Shown piece after piece: positions 18,062 to 27,890 of a stretch of DNA of 32,000 bases; positions within the stretch are counted from its first letter, which is position 1, and each line of letters opens with the position of its first letter. Source of the DNA: Opitutales bacterium (GTDB lineage Bacteria; Verrucomicrobiota; Verrucomicrobiia; Opitutales; PNEW01). The notes beneath the pieces were generated by a model. It was not told where the DNA came from, searched no databases, and saw nothing but the letters and a program-made list of their open reading frames with translations. The position numbers and the translations under genes were made by a program. Where the stretch lies: NCBI GenBank assembly GCA_965219535.1, contig CBDCNV010000001.1, forward strand, positions 1,500,001 through 1,532,000, given 5' to 3'.

Positions 18062-19756
18062 ATGAGCGGTCTTGGTTCTTATTCCCCACGCGGTGATCAG
18101 CGCATTATATATATCAGCGATCCTTCCTCGATTGTACGTAGTTATCTCCCGGAAGAACCGACAGAAAAGGATTTGAGAAATTGGGTCGACGAATTAGCTG
18201 ATGCCGGGGTGGACACTTTTATTCAGGAAGCTTATACTCAAGGGTGGACCACCTATTGGCGCTGTGAGCGTTTCGAGTATGATCAGCGTCCACAGCATCG
18301 TTGTTTGCTTCCCCTCTTAGATGCGGGGATCCAGCCACTGGCGGTGCTCATCGACCAGAGCCATAAACGGGGTATGAAGTTTATGGCCGGGTTACGCATA
18401 AATGATGACCATGGACATATATCCGCTGAGCAAGGCGTCGGCGCTGGGTCCACTTTTCTAACGAATAACCCTCAATGGAAAATAATAGATTTACCTCCAG
18501 GTGACGCCTTTAAATTAAGTAACTTTATTGATTTTACATTTTCGGAGGTCAGGGACTACCTGATTTCCGTTGCGGAAGAATTAGTGAAAAGCTTTGACTT
18601 GGACGGTCTGGAACTTTGCTTCAGGGACCGGATCTATTTCCCCGCGGGTAAAAGTCATGAACGAGAGTCGCTGATGACTGATATGGTAAAAAAGATTCAT
18701 GAAATGCTATATAAAGAAAGCCAGCTTAAGGGGGTTGAACTCAAACTCGGGGCAAGGGTTTTCCAGACGATTGATGAATGTCATAACATGGGTCTGGATG
18801 TTCCCACCTGGATAACAGAGGGATACCTCGACTATGTCTCTCCAAGCGATCAAATGAATACAGACATTAATGCTCCCTATGATGAATTTTCAGCGATTAC
18901 TCACGCTCAGGACAGGCCTTGCTATCTTTATCCTGCGATCCTTCCCTGGATGAGCAACCGTTCGGAACGCAGATTAAACCGCAAGCCATTAACGATAGAA
19001 CAGCAGCGGGCTGTTGCGCAAAATTACTACGGTGCCGGTGCGGACGGCATCTCGATTTATAATCATTTTGTATCAAACGATTGGGCGCCCTTTTATCCTA
19101 TGCAACTCAACGATATGGCCGAATTGCGAGAACCCGCTCGAGTTGCGAAAAGCAGAAAACATTATGTATTTGAACCCCTATGGGGCGGGTGCACCTTCAC
19201 AGGATTGGATCGCTCCGTAACAGGTCTCGTAAAAGCGGACAAGATTGTTCTCAAACGAAAGGGAACAGAAAAGAGCGGACATTACCGTTTTCGTATCTGC
19301 GAAGATTTAAGCAAGGCGCGTAAAACCTCCTTACTCTTCCGCGCCGGTTATATGACCCTCGAAGATCAAATAAAGGTGTGTATTAACGATGAGGAAATTC
19401 CTCAACAATCAATAAGACACAACAATAATGAAAAGCGTATTAAAGCGGCCCCCATTGAGACTGCGACCGATAGGGCAATTCGCAAACTAAAAGAGGGAGA
19501 GGGAGAGGGAACGGTAACGGTCCATGACAGCTCGAAAAAAGGTGATACTTTCCTTCATGATCCTCTGAGTACGGGTAGAGGCCACCCCGTAATACAAAAA
19601 GAAATCGATCGTCCCACAACAACTTGCTGGTTCGAGCTAAATTCTCCACCCGCCATTTACGGTGATAACTGGCTGCAAGTCACATTGACAGCCGGTGATC
19701 CGCAGGCTGAGGAAGACATTATTATTGATGAAATTGAAGTTTGGGTGTTTACCTGA
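18062..19756 (+). CDS. hypothetical protein, possibly a TIM-barrel glycoside-hydrolase-like enzyme
   Basis: A clean 564-aa ORF. The functional guess comes only from its alternating beta/alpha character and the cluster context. Confidence 0.75.
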   Translation: MSGLGSYSPRGDQRIIYISDPSSIVRSYLPEEPTEKDLRNWVDELADAGVDTFIQEAYTQGWTTYWRCERFEYDQRPQHRCLLPLLDAGIQPLAVLIDQSHKRGMKFMAGLRINDDHGHISAEQGVGAGSTFLTNNPQWKIIDLPPGDAFKLSNFIDFTFSEVRDYLISVAEELVKSFDLDGLELCFRDRIYFPAGKSHERESLMTDMVKKIHEMLYKESQLKGVELKLGARVFQTIDECHNMGLDVPTWITEGYLDYVSPSDQMNTDINAPYDEFSAITHAQDRPCYLYPAILPWMSNRSERRLNRKPLTIEQQRAVAQNYYGAGADGISIYNHFVSNDWAPFYPMQLNDMAELREPARVAKSRKHYVFEPLWGGCTFTGLDRSVTGLVKADKIVLKRKGTEKSGHYRFRICEDLSKARKTSLLFRAGYMTLEDQIKVCINDEEIPQQSIRHNNNEKRIKAAPIETATDRAIRKLKEGEGEGTVTVHDSSKKGDTFLHDPLSTGRGHPVIQKEIDRPTTTCWFELNSPPAIYGDNWLQVTLTAGDPQAEEDIIIDEIEVWVFT

Positions 19757-19788
19757 TGAATTAAATTTTTGAACGAGGTGAAATATTT

Positions 19789-20571
19789 ATGGATGCGGTA
19801 GAGCAGATTCGTGAGCAAGGCTATACTATCTTAAAGGGTATCATCCCGGAAGGTAAACTAACGGGTGTAAGAAATGACATAATCGAGGCAGCGGATAAGT
19901 TTGGGAGAAGGAAACCTAAAAATACCTATCTTGCGACGACTATAAATCATGCTCAATCTTTTGCACCTTATGTAGCTGATCCGCAGATCATGGCCATCGT
20001 TGAATCATTTTTTGGACCCTATGCACGGGTATCGTCCACATCGACCCAAATTAATGAACCGGGAAACGAACGCGGTGATTGGCACTCAGATTGGCCATTT
20101 TGCCCATTAAACGCCGGGCACATTCCGAAACCTATTCCCGACTCTGTTATGCATCTAACCTCTCTCTTTATGCTTGTTGATTTTACACGGGAAAATGGCG
20201 GTACCCTGATGAGACCGGGCAGTCATAAGTGGGGCACTAATCCTACATACGATTATGAGCAAATATATGATGACTATCCTGATCAGATTCATGGAGAAGG
20301 TCCTGCCGGTAGTGTCCTCATCTTGGATAGCCGATTATGGCATGCCAGTGCGGTAAATCACACGAATGAAAGGCGCGCCGCTTTAGTTGTACGTTACGCA
20401 CCCTGGTGGTTAAATTTTGATGTATTGATGCCGGGTTCATGGGAGCGAAAAATTATTGTAGAAGATCCTGGTATCTTCGGCAGTTCATATCCCGCAGTTA
20501 CGCAAGAGGCGTATGATCGGATAAATGATATTGCCAAGCCCCTTTTTCGCCATTGGATTCATGCGCGTTAA
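19789..20571 (+). CDS. phytanoyl-CoA dioxygenase (PhyH) family protein
   Basis: Has IREQGYTILKG, WHSDWPF, GGTLMRPGSHKW and RLWHASAVNHT, with a GAGGTG Shine-Dalgarno upstream. Confidence 0.85.
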   Translation: MDAVEQIREQGYTILKGIIPEGKLTGVRNDIIEAADKFGRRKPKNTYLATTINHAQSFAPYVADPQIMAIVESFFGPYARVSSTSTQINEPGNERGDWHSDWPFCPLNAGHIPKPIPDSVMHLTSLFMLVDFTRENGGTLMRPGSHKWGTNPTYDYEQIYDDYPDQIHGEGPAGSVLILDSRLWHASAVNHTNERRAALVVRYAPWWLNFDVLMPGSWERKIIVEDPGIFGSSYPAVTQEAYDRINDIAKPLFRHWIHAR

Positions 20572-20598
20572 TAAACTTCTCAGACCTTATATAATACT

Positions 20599-21528
20599 AT
20601 GAAATATCGTAAATATGGAAACACTGAACTGGAAGTCAGTTCTATCGGCTTAGGCTGTGTCACTTTCGGAAGAGAAATCGACGAAGAGACTTCATTCACA
20701 ATTCTCGACCGCGCGACAGAACGCGGTATCAATATTCTAAATACATCTTATTACTATGGAGATGGTTCATCCGAGCAAGTCATGGGGAATTATTTTTCTG
20801 CGCGCGGCAACCGGGACACATTCGTAATCGTGACAAAGATTCACGGCGACCTTTCGCCAAGCACGGTTTTTAAATGCGCGGAGGAAAGCCTCCAGCGATT
20901 AAAAACAGATTACGTGGATTTTTTCGAAATTGCTTTCGATGTTAATACACCTTTTCAGGACACACTGGAAGCACTGGAAAAACTGGTGAAAGAGGGTAAA
21001 GTTCGGCACGTTGGTTGTAATAACTACAGCGATAATCAGATGGCGGAAGCCCTGAAGATTCAAAGAGATAATGGTTTTTCGACGATACAATCACTGGAGG
21101 CAATATACAACCTCGCAATGCGAGGTATTGAAAATAAAGTGATCCCTTTTTGTGAAAAAGAAAATATAGGTATCATTTCTTATAGTCCGCTCGGAGCTGG
21201 TTTCTTAACGGGAAAGTACAGGAAAGGTAAAGCGACACCCAAAGGGGCACGTTTTGATGTAAAGCCCGGGCACAAAAATATTTATTTTAAGAAACCGCTC
21301 TTAGAACTAGATGGAAAATTGGAGGAGATCTCCGAGAGAACAGGATTTTCCCGGGTTCAACTTGCGTTACGGTGGGTCCTCGAACAGCCCGGTATTACGA
21401 GTATGCTTATTGGCGCGAGAAACACCGATCAGGTGGATCAGTCATTTGATGCCGAGGAGTGTGCTATAACCCAGGAGATCATTGACGAACTAAACGTTCT
21501 ATCTAAATCTAATATGGATATTATTTAA
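20599..21528 (+). CDS. aldo/keto reductase
   Basis: Has MKYRKYGNTELEVSSIGLGCVTFG, LKTDYVDFF and GKVRHVGCNNY. Confidence 0.9.
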   Translation: MKYRKYGNTELEVSSIGLGCVTFGREIDEETSFTILDRATERGINILNTSYYYGDGSSEQVMGNYFSARGNRDTFVIVTKIHGDLSPSTVFKCAEESLQRLKTDYVDFFEIAFDVNTPFQDTLEALEKLVKEGKVRHVGCNNYSDNQMAEALKIQRDNGFSTIQSLEAIYNLAMRGIENKVIPFCEKENIGIISYSPLGAGFLTGKYRKGKATPKGARFDVKPGHKNIYFKKPLLELDGKLEEISERTGFSRVQLALRWVLEQPGITSMLIGARNTDQVDQSFDAEECAITQEIIDELNVLSKSNMDII

Positions 21529-21617
21529 AAGGACCGGCGTCGATTCACATGGCTTCAAGTTGATTGTTTCGAACCGGAAGTATTTTAAATTTATAGAATA
21601 TTTTCTTATACTGAAAA

Positions 21618-22406
21618 TTGATAAGTAATCAACGAACTCCAATCCTTGTTTATCATCATGTCTATGGTGATAATACTGCTGAATTGAAAAATGCTACTTT
21701 TGATACGGGGGCAGGTATTATTGGAGAAAATGAATTTCGGCGTCAGATACAATTTATCTCCGACCAGGGTTGGAGCGTCGTGTCGACAACGCAGGTCGTC
21801 AATTGGCTTATAGACGGTGGGCCAATCCCCGAAAAATCGGTTGTCTTACATTTTGACAATGGATGGCTCGACACGGCGACCGTAACATTGCCGATATTAG
21901 AGGAATTTAATATAACTGCCACTTGCTTTCCTATTACCGATGGTCTCAATGCGGCATCGCAAGGGAAAGTTGCGACAGTGCGGACACTCACCGAAGGACT
22001 AATCGAAAAACCTTTTATGACCTGGGACCAGGTGGGGATTCTGCTCGAAGCGGGGTGGGAGATTGGCGCGCACACCGCGTCACATTGTAAGATGGAAAAT
22101 AAGCATGCGGAGGAAGGTGATGACGGCATCATCAATGAAGCTGAAAAGGCGAACGCTCTTTTTAATAAATATCTCAATATTCAACCTGAGCATTTCGCTT
22201 ATCCCAGCGGGTCCCGCAATGAGAGAACAGATAGCTTATTAGCGCGCTACTATAGATCCTTGCGTTTGTGGCATTTTGAATGGCCGATTCAGTGGTCTTA
22301 TACGTGTAAGACTACTTCGCCCTTAGCTGTGGATTGTCAAAACATTGATCTTCGGGTACCCTTCGACGACTTTACCCGGATCTTTTGTGATGCCTTGAAA
22401 AGTTAA
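21618..22406 (+). CDS. polysaccharide deacetylase (NodB homology) family protein
   Basis: Has ILVYHHV, HFDNGWLD, MTWDQV..GWEIGAHTASH and FAYPSGS, with a TTG start. Confidence 0.8.
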   Translation: MISNQRTPILVYHHVYGDNTAELKNATFDTGAGIIGENEFRRQIQFISDQGWSVVSTTQVVNWLIDGGPIPEKSVVLHFDNGWLDTATVTLPILEEFNITATCFPITDGLNAASQGKVATVRTLTEGLIEKPFMTWDQVGILLEAGWEIGAHTASHCKMENKHAEEGDDGIINEAEKANALFNKYLNIQPEHFAYPSGSRNERTDSLLARYYRSLRLWHFEWPIQWSYTCKTTSPLAVDCQNIDLRVPFDDFTRIFCDALKS

Positions 22407-23749
22407 GTAGCTGGTTCGTCAATTATCCGTGAAGTAGGCGCTTTAAGTCTTCGACTATAAGGGATCGCCACGCTGACCGTTAAAATAGAAAGAACGATCA
22501 CAGAATGCAATCCGGCAAGGTCAGCAATATATCCACCCAGCGCGGGAAAAATTGCCGCGACTCCGAGTATTGTATTACTGGTGCCGACATAAGTGGGGCG
22601 TCTATCCTCTGGGGCGATGCTTAAGAGATAGCTGCTGTAGCCGACCCATAATCCCGACATCGTCCCTCCGATTAAGATGAAAATGGGAGAAAAAGCTACC
22701 GTCACCATCCAGGGCGGGCATTGCAGAAGCCAATACCCAAAAACTTTACTCATAATCAAAGCATAAATTGGTATGGCGGCCTGAAAAATAAGAGCGACGA
22801 AAATGACCTGTCGGTCTCCACGGTGAGAAGAAATATATTTCCACAGAAGATTAAAAAATAGCACCCCAATGGTTTGTACCGCAATAAATGTTCCCGCGGT
22901 GCTGACCGTAGAACCAAATTTTTCCTGAGCGATGATGATATAAAATGGTAAAGAAAAACTGATCCCTGATGAGAGTAACTGCACGATGATCAGCCGACGG
23001 TAGTTGACATCCCGTTTTAATATAATCGGGATTTCTTTTATTAAACTGAAAAATGTTCTCTGGGTTGAACTGATTTTACTCGGAGGCTCGCGAACGAAAG
23101 TGTAGGTGGCAATACCCAGAGTCATAAAGAGCGCGGCCAATATAAAAATGATTACAAAATTATTAGGGAAGGGGAATGCCACATCTGCGCTGAGGATATA
23201 TTTCACGATCAATCCCGCGATGATACTCATGACTCCAGCGCCAAAGAACATTCTTGTTGCAAAAAAAGAACCCAGGTATTGGACGGGAATAGTTTTAGCC
23301 ACCATATCATTAAACGGCAGTCCTGCGATTCCCCCAAGAAATGTTGCCAATGCAAAAAGCAGCAAAAAGGCAACTAAGGTAAATGTTGGATGAGTGAGGG
23401 CGTATGTGGCTACCAAAGGTATCGTGAGCCAGGTTAATAATAAACGTATGCCGTTCATGCGTAAATAAATACCCCGCTTATAGGGGATTTTTTCAACATG
23501 CCCGGCAACGAGCAGCTGAGGCAGCAGCCAACCCATACGCCACAGTGAGCTGGCGATACCTACAATAAAATCAGATGTGGTAAAACATTTTATAAATACG
23601 GGCAGAACGGTAAGCGGGTTGATGAAAGCGATGCCGAACATAAAAAGCGAACCATTCGTAATTCCCAGCATGTAGTTATAGCGTACGTTTCCCTCGCGAG
23701 GAAGTTTGGTTCCAAATATTGAGAAGAGAACTTTAAGCTTCTTTACCAT
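22403..23749 (-). CDS. MFS transporter
   Basis: About 450-aa polytopic membrane protein. The start is ATG 23749, or TTG 23776. Its stop overlaps the convergent deacetylase stop within TTAA at 22403..22406. Confidence 0.8.
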   Translation of the reverse strand: MVKKLKVLFSIFGTKLPREGNVRYNYMLGITNGSLFMFGIAFINPLTVLPVFIKCFTTSDFIVGIASSLWRMGWLLPQLLVAGHVEKIPYKRGIYLRMNGIRLLLTWLTIPLVATYALTHPTFTLVAFLLLFALATFLGGIAGLPFNDMVAKTIPVQYLGSFFATRMFFGAGVMSIIAGLIVKYILSADVAFPFPNNFVIIFILAALFMTLGIATYTFVREPPSKISSTQRTFFSLIKEIPIILKRDVNYRRLIIVQLLSSGISFSLPFYIIIAQEKFGSTVSTAGTFIAVQTIGVLFFNLLWKYISSHRGDRQVIFVALIFQAAIPIYALIMSKVFGYWLLQCPPWMVTVAFSPIFILIGGTMSGLWVGYSSYLLSIAPEDRRPTYVGTSNTILGVAAIFPALGGYIADLAGLHSVIVLSILTVSVAIPYSRRLKAPTSRIIDEPAT

Positions 23750-23914
23750 CTCTTTTTTACATGACGGGTTATGCAAAATTGCACAAGAACAGTTTTCTCA
23801 ATGCACAGTGAAATACCCGGACCGACTGGATGAATGAAACCAAACAACTCCCTACGCCGGCGGTGAAGTGACGCGGTAGCGCTCCTGGATGCTGTTTTAA
23901 AAAATCCCGTTGGC

Positions 23915-24298
23915 TCAAGCTTCAGCAGGAGTCAAGCTGCTTATCGCGGTTGCCATTGCGCCAATCGAATTTGCAATTTCCTCGGGGTCTATTTGGTCGG
24001 CTTTTTCATTATAACCGGCCGTCCTTAACATCTCCACAGTTCGGGAGCGAATTTGCTCAAGGCTCCAGGCTACGGTATCAGGTGTATCCTCGAGGGAGAG
24101 ATGATGCATTTCATTTTTACCGTCGGGGTCGTAATGGTAATGCGGGTCCTCCTCAAAGCAATCAAAACGCAGAACTTGCGTAGCTTGATTGTCAATATCA
24201 GCGTAAACGCGAATCGCAGGCCCTCGATCTTTACCAAAGTTTCGGTACTCTATAATAAAATTCAAACCGCCTGCTTGGATGGAAATTTCCTGTGTCAT
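23915..24298 (-). CDS. hypothetical protein
   Basis: ORF of 127-134 aa (ATG 24298 or TTG 24319) with no family I recognise. Confidence 0.55.
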   Translation of the reverse strand: MTQEISIQAGGLNFIIEYRNFGKDRGPAIRVYADIDNQATQVLRFDCFEEDPHYHYDPDGKNEMHHLSLEDTPDTVAWSLEQIRSRTVEMLRTAGYNEKADQIDPEEIANSIGAMATAISSLTPAEA

Positions 24299-24462
24299 AG
24301 TAATTAAATATTTAGGCAACCTATTCCCTAATCACAACTTAATTCGTTTCAAATTCTCGTTCAAATGCAATTAAGGCTGATGGAAATGAAGAAGCGTAAG
24401 AGAATATTACTTAATATAATAGCGGGCGAACGGCTTGTCTATCGTCATCCAGGGTCTTCGAA

Positions 24463-25917
24463 TTAACTCGTGTGATGTTCATCCATCAGGGCCTCGATAT
24501 CTAATTCACCCAGGTTATCGTCGACCATGTGCTTTATCTTATTGTCGTAGTAATCTATGAGCGGGTCAATATTGTGGAGAAGGTGTGACCCAATATTACT
24601 CCCATGGGATTCAAAGTTATTTTTAAATTCAGCGAGCGTCATTTTATTGAGGGGCTTTGCCGGTTGGTAGCTTACCGTATCCATACCCTCCTCATTGGTG
24701 ATCGGGATAGCGCTGATCCAGCCCTGATCACCGAGCCGGTTCAAACAGTCATTCAGTATTTGACCGGGGGCACGTATGATTTCACTTAATTCACTGAGCG
24801 TATAGGGATTTTTGCAGTCCTTAAATCGTCGACCGATGAGAATATAAGCGGCAAGGCTTAACATTTCCCGGGTGTGCGTGCTTATATTATGCCAAGCTTC
24901 ACGATTGGTTAAATAGTTGGCGTTATGAACAGAATAAGTAATTTGCCCACCTAAAAGAATAAATAGCCAAAAAACATAGAGACCAAACATCAGGATAGGA
25001 ACAATGGCGACAGAACCATATAAACTCCTGTTACTGATTACGCGTTCGACATAGAGAAAAGATAAATAATTATTTAAAATTAAAAGAGCAGCAACAATGA
25101 CAGAACCGATAAATGCTGCTCTCCAACTGACAATGGTGTTTGGAATAAAACGATAAAAGGCCATTAATAATACGATAATAAGCGTAAAAGAGAAGAGGGG
25201 AGTCATCCAGAAAATGACCCCGGTTATCTGCTCTCCAAAAGGAAGATCGGAGATAAAACGGAGAATAGTGGTTACCGATAATACGGTAACTATAGCAAAA
25301 CTTAAAACCGCTCCCAGGCTGATGAAGGTCCAGTAAAATACAATTCTTTGAAATAATCTTCTACCGCGACGCACACCCCAGATCTCATTGAAGGCAGATT
25401 CAATCGAAGTTAATAATTGTATTCCGATTGTAATAAGAATTAATGCACCGACTAATCCAACGGTTCCCGATTTCGCGCTTTCAATTATGTTATTAATTAA
25501 TGAAACGAACTGAGAATTATTTAATACCTCTTCCTCTTCACTGGTTCCATTTAGCACTTCTTCTTCCAGCCTTGAGTATTCAGCAAGAGGGGGAGCAACG
25601 AATATCATAAATCGATTTATATTATTAACTGTTATATCAGAATCGCTGCTCTCGAGAATGAAGCCTGAGATCATTACGCCGATAGCTAATAACGGGCCAA
25701 CACCGATAAGAGATGAAAAGCTTAAAGCCGCTGCGCGACTGAGTATCTTATTTTGAGTTAACCCTTCGATCGTAAGTGAAAACATTCGCAACAATGCATA
25801 AATGCGCCCACGGAGACTTTTATCATTCAACGCATTGAGATTCCATATCTCAAGACGAAGTGAATGGTTAACCTTTCTGAAAAGTGTTCGCAGTCTGTTC
25901 GAATCAAATAATGACAT
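24463..25917 (-). CDS. YihY/BrkB family membrane protein with a C-terminal Rrf2-like winged-helix extension
   Basis: The N-terminal roughly 350 aa have YihY-type topology (NEIWGVRRGR motif). The last roughly 135 aa are soluble and pattern-match wHTH regulators. Confidence 0.8.
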   Translation of the reverse strand: MSLFDSNRLRTLFRKVNHSLRLEIWNLNALNDKSLRGRIYALLRMFSLTIEGLTQNKILSRAAALSFSSLIGVGPLLAIGVMISGFILESSDSDITVNNINRFMIFVAPPLAEYSRLEEEVLNGTSEEEEVLNNSQFVSLINNIIESAKSGTVGLVGALILITIGIQLLTSIESAFNEIWGVRRGRRLFQRIVFYWTFISLGAVLSFAIVTVLSVTTILRFISDLPFGEQITGVIFWMTPLFSFTLIIVLLMAFYRFIPNTIVSWRAAFIGSVIVAALLILNNYLSFLYVERVISNRSLYGSVAIVPILMFGLYVFWLFILLGGQITYSVHNANYLTNREAWHNISTHTREMLSLAAYILIGRRFKDCKNPYTLSELSEIIRAPGQILNDCLNRLGDQGWISAIPITNEEGMDTVSYQPAKPLNKMTLAEFKNNFESHGSNIGSHLLHNIDPLIDYYDNKIKHMVDDNLGELDIEALMDEHHTS

Positions 25918-26011
25918 GACTAAATAATTCTATTTCTTTCTCAGTTTCTAGAGGAACATTGCCTGGACCTGATTCAGGCCCGTGATCTATCCGTCATTGA
26001 CGGTGATGGCG

Positions 26012-26803
26012 CTATTGAATAACTGTGAAATAGAGATAGCTGCCTACGCCAAGGATACCAAACACAGCGAAACTTGCCATGAGCATAAAGTTGAGCGTTA
26101 GGGTACAGATAAAAATGCCCATTCCCGCGCCAATTGAACTGACCATGAGGTATAAAGACATTTGGTCACCCGTCTGCCAGGTAGCCCAATGGAGGAATCC
26201 GAAATACCCCAGACCAACCATCGCCCTTAGTCGCAGGAGAGGATAGATCTCAGTGACGGATAAAAATAAAGATATCGCAAAAAATAGATCCAACGCACCA
26301 ACAAGAATTAACGGCCGACGCAGTAAGAGCATGTAGTCTTCATCATCAATAACGGTCTGAACTATATCAATACTGGGATAGATGTGAGTAATAGCGCTTA
26401 ATATCATAATCACACCGATAGAGGGGATAGCGAGAGCCGCAGCTTTGTCCTGCCAAATTGCTTTCTCTTTGATGTGTTTAGTTTCTTCGGTATCACCCTC
26501 CGCCGCGGCGAGCATGTCAGCTACGGCGATCGTTTCTTCTTCATCCTCATCTTCATCAACATTCAAGAGGTTTAAGTCTTCATCGGATTTGACTTTTAAA
26601 CCGAGTTTCTTTTTTTCGGGAAAAATGGTCTGCTTTAATTCTTCACTACTACCAATCGCGAGCCATTCCTCTTCCTCTTCATGGTAGATTAAAGTGTCTA
26701 GATCGATCTGACCGGTTTCCGCCATTCCGGCCAGTTTAGACAGATTAAATGGGCCGCGGGCATTGTCTGCCTCTGGTTGTCGTATGTAGTATTCTTCAGC
26801 CAT
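26012..26803 (-). CDS. GYF_2 (DUF4339) domain membrane protein
   Basis: The N-terminal YYIRQ...GPFNLSKLAGMAETGQIDLDTLIYHEEEEEWLAIG matches the GYF_2 pattern. An acidic linker and about 5 TM helices follow. Confidence 0.7.
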   Translation of the reverse strand: MAEEYYIRQPEADNARGPFNLSKLAGMAETGQIDLDTLIYHEEEEEWLAIGSSEELKQTIFPEKKKLGLKVKSDEDLNLLNVDEDEDEEETIAVADMLAAAEGDTEETKHIKEKAIWQDKAAALAIPSIGVIMILSAITHIYPSIDIVQTVIDDEDYMLLLRRPLILVGALDLFFAISLFLSVTEIYPLLRLRAMVGLGYFGFLHWATWQTGDQMSLYLMVSSIGAGMGIFICTLTLNFMLMASFAVFGILGVGSYLYFTVIQ

Positions 26804-26888
26804 GACAATCTACGCGTCTAACATCATTTAAGTTTGAATGCATTCGGCAAGGAAAATTTTAAGCATTGAAGATCGTGATTGGATCAAT

Positions 26889-27719
26889 TTAACCGATTGA
26901 ATCACCAGTCCAATGTAATTTGCTGCGCATTAACTTAAAATGTGAATAGTCTTTATGCAGCATGAGCAGAAAACTCTTGTCTGAAACTGAGATTTGAAGG
27001 GGGAAGTCTTCTTTTTTTTCGGAACTGCTTCTCCCGTCAATATTTAACACCACATCATGGTCGTCTGCGTGAAGTTTGACATTTAAAATTTCTTCGTGAT
27101 CAAAAATCACACTACGATTACTTAAAGTATGGGGGCAGATAGGTGTCATCGCTAAGACCTTAGCCGTGGGATGAATAATCGGTCCGCCCGCCGACATGTT
27201 ATAGGCGGTTGATCCGGTGGGAGTCGAAAATACAAGCCCATCACAGAAATATTCATTTACCGGTTCCTTAGTCGTGAAAACTTCCAATCGTACGAGGCGT
27301 GAAGAATGATTTTTAATCACCACATCATTTAAAGCGAAAAACGGCTTTTTCTCAGCAGTGATGCAGTTAATAATTGATCTTTTAGCAATTTGATAGTTGC
27401 CGGAAAGGAGTGTATCAAATTCCGCTTCCGCATCCTGGGCGGAAAACGTAGACATGAATCCTAATTTGCCAAGGTTGATTCCAATAACAGGGAGTTGGTG
27501 CCGCACTGCTTCTTCGACAACACTGAGCAATGTCCCGTCTCCACCAATAACGACGCAACATTGAGCATTAGCTAATATTCCTTGAGGGAGAGGAAACTCT
27601 TTTGTCGCTATTGATTCAACCTCTCTTTTTTCCGCTTTTGCAATCAGGGCATTTGCCAGAGTCTCTGCACCGGCTTTTCTCTTATTAATGACAAATGCAA
27701 TTTTAGTTATAGGTTTCAT
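26889..27719 (-). CDS. nadK: NAD(+) kinase
   Basis: Has VVIGGDGTLL, GINLGKLGFM, and FSTPTGSTAYNMSAGGPI. Confidence 0.9.
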   Translation of the reverse strand: MKPITKIAFVINKRKAGAETLANALIAKAEKREVESIATKEFPLPQGILANAQCCVVIGGDGTLLSVVEEAVRHQLPVIGINLGKLGFMSTFSAQDAEAEFDTLLSGNYQIAKRSIINCITAEKKPFFALNDVVIKNHSSRLVRLEVFTTKEPVNEYFCDGLVFSTPTGSTAYNMSAGGPIIHPTAKVLAMTPICPHTLSNRSVIFDHEEILNVKLHADDHDVVLNIDGRSSSEKKEDFPLQISVSDKSFLLMLHKDYSHFKLMRSKLHWTGDSIG

Positions 27720-27890
27720 CGGGGGCGAATGATAAATTGTAGCTCAGCGGGTATAATCATCGGGGAAGGCTGGATTATAATATGACTTTGAGCGTGCATT
27801 TTTTCCCTGGTGTGGCAATAACGTAAAAGTGACGATTCACTTTCAAAATAAGTGTGCTTATTCTTTATTTTTCATATCATCAAATAGTGA

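Noticed and set aside
21743-22177. A 144-aa antisense ORF inside the deacetylase gene, along with similar nested ORFs at 2142..2384, 10960..11295, 13474..13805, 15223..15767, 16565..17472, 23106..23393, 23950..24307, 26445..26687 and 31628..31961.
   Set aside because: Each lies wholly inside a longer ORF that has clear family motifs. Their sequences are compositionally odd (Ser/Arg/Pro-rich), as expected of frame shadows.
27739-27753. The string GTAGCTCAGCGGGTA, which resembles a tRNA D-arm.
   Set aside because: The D-stem has no closing GAGC, and there is no anticodon arm, T-arm (GGTTCGAATCC-type) or acceptor stem nearby. It is not a tRNA or a recognisable tRNA fragment.
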